A stretch of DNA of 64,000 bases from Terriglobia bacterium. GTDB taxonomy: Bacteria; Acidobacteriota; Terriglobia; 20CM-2-55-15. Location of the stretch: the NCBI GenBank assembly GCA_965218585.1, contig CBDCLE010000001.1:192001-256000 (forward strand), in the 5' to 3' direction. This document shows positions 60,581 to 64,000 of the stretch, one piece after another (position 1 is the stretch's first letter; every line of letters begins with the position of its first letter). The position numbers and the translations under genes were made by a program. Below the pieces are notes generated by a model. That model saw only the letters and a list, made by a program, of their open reading frames with translations, had not been told where the DNA came from and ran no database searches.

Positions 60581-62515
60581 AAAAGCGTTGCTCCATCAGT
60601 CCTTCAGTGCTTCGTCCCTTAAAACAATACGAAACAAAGAGAATACGGGTTACGCGGCGATGGCGTCAAGGATCTCGCGTACAGTGCCAGTGAGTTCGTT
60701 CAAGGGGAAGGGTTTTCGGAGAAGTCCATCAATACCAATAGTTTTGATCGCAGCGAGCCGTTCCGGGGCCGCATAACCGGTTGCAACGAGTACCTTGGTG
60801 TGGGGATGAAGCTGTCGAATGGATTTCAATGCCGTCAGGCCGTCCATGACCGGCATGATCATGTCGAGTATGACGAGATCGACATCAGGGGTTATCTTCT
60901 GCAGTGCCTCTGCTCCGTTGGAAGCCGTTAGAACCGGATACCCCGAATGAGACAGTGAGGTTTCCATCAACTCCAGCAGGTGCGGCTCGTCGTCTACCAC
61001 GAGGATCGTTTCGCCGCCTTCCGCCATCGCTGATTCGACAATGTCCGTTGTTCTGATCTTGTTCTTGGCAGGGGGAAACCAGAGACGGAACTCCGTCCCT
61101 TTACCCGGCGAGGTCTCCACATCGATACTGCCGCCATGGCGTTCGATGGTGGCGTAGGCCATGCTGAGTCCAAGGCCCGTACCCTGGCCGCGTTCCTTCG
61201 TTGTAAAAAATGGATCGAAGATCTTATCGAGAACTTCGGGTTCAATCCCCGGACCCGTGTCCCGAACGCTGAGTCTCGTGCCTTCGTTTTCTGCCCGTGT
61301 CTGGAACGTGATCGAGCCTTCTCCCTCCATGGCATCGCGGGCGTTGACGGCGAAATTGATCAACATCTGGGTCAGTTCGCCTTCATCGGCCTCGACCATC
61401 GGTACGTTCTCGTCAAGATCGAGCCGGACCTGGACCGTGCGTTCCAGCGTTTCCCCGAGCAGTTGCTCGGTAGAGCGCACGACCTCGTTCAGGATCAACG
61501 GTTCAACAGAGGGCGGCTCGTCCCGCGCCATTGACAGGAGCTGTCCGGTCAGCTGTGCGCCACGCCTGGATGCGTCCACGATTGCGTCCAGTCTTGGACC
61601 ACGTTTTTCCGGCGTGTCCCGCAACTGAATCAATTCTGCAGTGGGTAGAATGATGCCCAATATGTTGTTGAAGTCATGGGCGATCCCGCTGGCCAGGGTC
61701 CCGATGGACTCCATTTTCTGACTGCGGACCAGCTGGTGCGATAGCTTTTTCTGTTCGGTGATGTTTCGAACGATGACGGAGACTCGAAGCGAATCTGCGA
61801 CGGCGCTGACCAGTCCGACGAGCGTCTGACCGCTCGAAGAACGAAACTCCGCTTCGAAATCCTGAACCGAACCTTCTTTCCGGACACGCGATTCGAAACG
61901 TTTCCCAGCTTCCGGATCCATGAACAATTCCTTAAGGTCGATCCATGTTTCCGAAGGGGACGAGATGAGGCCGGCCGCTTGATTCGAGTCGATTATCCGG
62001 AGATCGGGCGTGCAGATATAGACCGCATCCTGCATCCGTTCGACAAACGTTCTGTACTTCGCTTCAGATGCCTTCAATTCTTCATAGAGCTCGATGTTGG
62101 AGAGTGCGCTCGAGAGTTGGGGAGCCACCATCATTAAGGTGCGCTGCTTCGTCGGCGAAATTGACGACGGCGCTTCATCGCTCAACATCAAGAGAGCCTG
62201 GCAGGTATCGCGGGCAACCAGTGGGACGAGGAGCCAGGACCGAAGCCCGCGAGGGAAGGGCCATTCGGTTTCGAGGGTTTCTTGATCGAGATCCTCGATT
62301 ACGATCGGCCGGGCATTGTCGTTGAAGCGGGCGGGAAGCACGGACAGATCAAACGACGCGGGGAAGTTCGTCTCACCGAACACCTTCGAGACAGCCTGCA
62401 GGTCATACGCTATAAGGAAGGACGCCCCTTTGTCGGCTGTTGCCAGGAGGAAAATCTCCCGACAACAACCCATTCAACGTAGCTGCGTTGAATTCAAAGA
62501 CAAAGGAGCACGTAA

Positions 62516-63577
62516 ATGAAACAGGCCAAGTATATCGGCATGGATGTGCACCAGGCAACGACGGTGGTGATGGTCTTAAACGCAGACGGCAAACTGGTCT
62601 GGGAAAAGATCGTAGAGACCCAGGCCGGGCCAATCATTGATTTGCTGGAGAGTCTGAGTGGTGAGCTGCACGTGACGTTTGAAGAAACCACGCAGGCCGA
62701 ATGGCTCTACAACGTGGTCCGGGGATATGTGAGCGAAGTGATCGTGTGTGATCCCAGACGGAACAAACTGCTCAGTGACGGGTCCAAGACCGACCGGGTG
62801 GATGCCCTGAAACTGGCCGAGCTGCTCCGGGCCGGATGGCTGCGGTCGGTCTACCACGGGCACGATGCGACGCGGACGTTGAAAGAACTGGTCCGCGGAT
62901 ATGAGACCTTGACCCTGGATACGCAGCGGACGATGGTTCGGATCAAGGCAATGTATCGAGGACGTGGGATCCGGACGCCGGGCCACGGCGTCTACCTCCC
63001 ATCGCAGCGGGAACACTGGATCGAACAGCTCGCCAATACCGGTGCACGGCGGCGTACCGGATGGTTGTATGAGGAGCTGGATCATCTGAGAGGGTTAAGA
63101 AAAAAAGCGAAGCTGGCGATGTTAACCGAGAGCCGCAAGCATCGTGCGGTGGGGATATTGCAGACGATTCCCCAGTTGGGACCGATACGTTGCGCCTTGA
63201 TTGTAGCGACGGGGGACACCCCGCATCGATTTCGAACCAAACGCCAGCTCTGGAACTACAGCGGTCTGGCCGTGGCAATGCACATGAGTGCGGAGTATGA
63301 GCAGGAAGGGAGTCGTGTGGTACGTCGTCGAAAGCCGATCGCCACGCGGGGACTGAACCGCAACGGCAACCGACGTTTGAAAGGTGTGTTCATCGGGGCG
63401 GCGACCGGAGGCATGGGGGCCGAACCTTGGAAAAGCTACCTGGAGGGGCTCCAGAAAGACGGCAAGCGTAAGGAGATGGCTCGGCTGACACTGGCGAGGA
63501 AGATTGCAGCGACCGCACTGAAGATGTGGAAGAAAGGAGACACGTTTAACGCAAAGAAACTGAACTTGGCGACATAG
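62516..63577 (+). CDS. IS110-family DEDD recombinase/transposase
   Basis: YIGMDVH (D), FEET (E), KTDRVDA (D,D); Tnp domain TIPQLGP...YSGL...HMSA with the putative catalytic Ser; RBS AGGAG. Confidence 0.95.
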   Translation: MKQAKYIGMDVHQATTVVMVLNADGKLVWEKIVETQAGPIIDLLESLSGELHVTFEETTQAEWLYNVVRGYVSEVIVCDPRRNKLLSDGSKTDRVDALKLAELLRAGWLRSVYHGHDATRTLKELVRGYETLTLDTQRTMVRIKAMYRGRGIRTPGHGVYLPSQREHWIEQLANTGARRRTGWLYEELDHLRGLRKKAKLAMLTESRKHRAVGILQTIPQLGPIRCALIVATGDTPHRFRTKRQLWNYSGLAVAMHMSAEYEQEGSRVVRRRKPIATRGLNRNGNRRLKGVFIGAATGGMGAEPWKSYLEGLQKDGKRKEMARLTLARKIAATALKMWKKGDTFNAKKLNLAT

Positions 63578-63940
63578 CCGTTTCCAGACTTCTGCCGACA
63601 GCGCGAGGCATTCGACCGCTCGTCGTCGGTGAGGCGTCGGAACGGTAGGGTCGAGGGTGAGGATCCGATACGCGGTTGGCACACAGCGCTTGCTGAAGGC
63701 CCATGTAATACTCTATCCCCCCTCGCACGACCTGGAAAAGCGATAGCCCTCGAGGCTCAGATAGAACCGTGGTCGGCAATCACGACCCCTTTGCGCTTTT
63801 CAGTTTCTCGAAACCACACCACGTTGTGATGAGTGATCGACTTCTCTGCGATGCCGGATCAACAGTTCGTCTCAACGGAGACAGGGGCTGGCTGCCACGA
63901 CAGTGTTGGGTCCGGTGGTCCGCTCGGCGGGGACGTGTTT
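63578..63940 (+). ncRNA. Putative bridge/seek RNA in the IS110 right end (boundaries approximate)
   Basis: Target-complementary GATACGCGGTTG (63667-63678), donor-identical ATAGAACC (63761-63768), and several hairpins. Confidence 0.6.
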
Positions 63941-64000
63941 CTCTTGACAGCCCCTTCCATAGAACCGCGTCTCATGGCTTCGACGGTACAGGGTCGCGTG

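Larger units (their letters stand above)
62471..63966 (+). mobile_element. IS110-family element, about 1496 bp, short left end and long right end
   Basis: AACC at both junctions (62467-62470 and 63963-63966); excision restores the kinase frame; TTGACA near the right end; no terminal IRs. Confidence 0.8.
60650..64000 (-). pseudogene. Hybrid sensor kinase (GAF-PAS-HisKA-HATPase-REC) interrupted by IS110; 5' end lies outside the window
   Basis: [46 protein letters not shown] in 60650-62470; the frame continues through 63967-64000 once the IS is removed. Confidence 0.88.

Noticed and set aside
62474-63960. Alternative IS110 boundaries using the CCAT microhomology (62470-62473 and 63957-63960)
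   Set aside because: Also in frame, but it adds three residues (SMG) that break the GAF register and fits the 63667-63678 guide match less well. AACC is preferred; CCAT is not formally excluded
1-64000. tRNA, rRNA, prophage or defence genes
   Set aside because: No cloverleaf, rRNA-like tract, phage hallmark or recognisable defence gene was seen by eye

Overview
GC-rich bacterial chromosomal segment. The gene set and gene style suggest Acidobacteriota (inference, not proven). It is mostly housekeeping: tandem FMN-binding glutamate-synthase-family genes, a fatty acid desaturase, an iscR-S-U-A-hscB-hscA-iscX cluster with no fdx, a deoxyhypusine-synthase-like gene, ygfZ, a J-protein, htrA, a DRG-type GTPase, lon, thrC, mqnE, a rhodanese-MoeB fusion, dinB, smc, purC and cvpA. 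Two IS elements each split a host gene. An IS1380 (6182-7918, 16-bp IRs, CTAG duplication) sits inside a four-CxxC zinc-ribbon gene. An IS110 (about 62471-63966, AACC core) sits inside a hybrid sensor kinase. The best finding is in the IS110: its roughly 390-nt right non-coding end holds short segments matching both the reconstructed empty target site (11/12) and the element's own end (8/8), in the order and polarity expected of a bridge RNA. Other observations: four families of dispersed palindromic REP-like repeats, a candidate Rrf2 operator shared by isc and moeB, a large secreted metalloprotease split by one in-frame amber codon, three genes with single-base deletions (possibly long-read errors), and a catalytically degenerate UvrC-like protein. 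I found no rRNA, tRNA or CRISPR array. All calls come from reading the sequence and recognising motifs; no database search was run.
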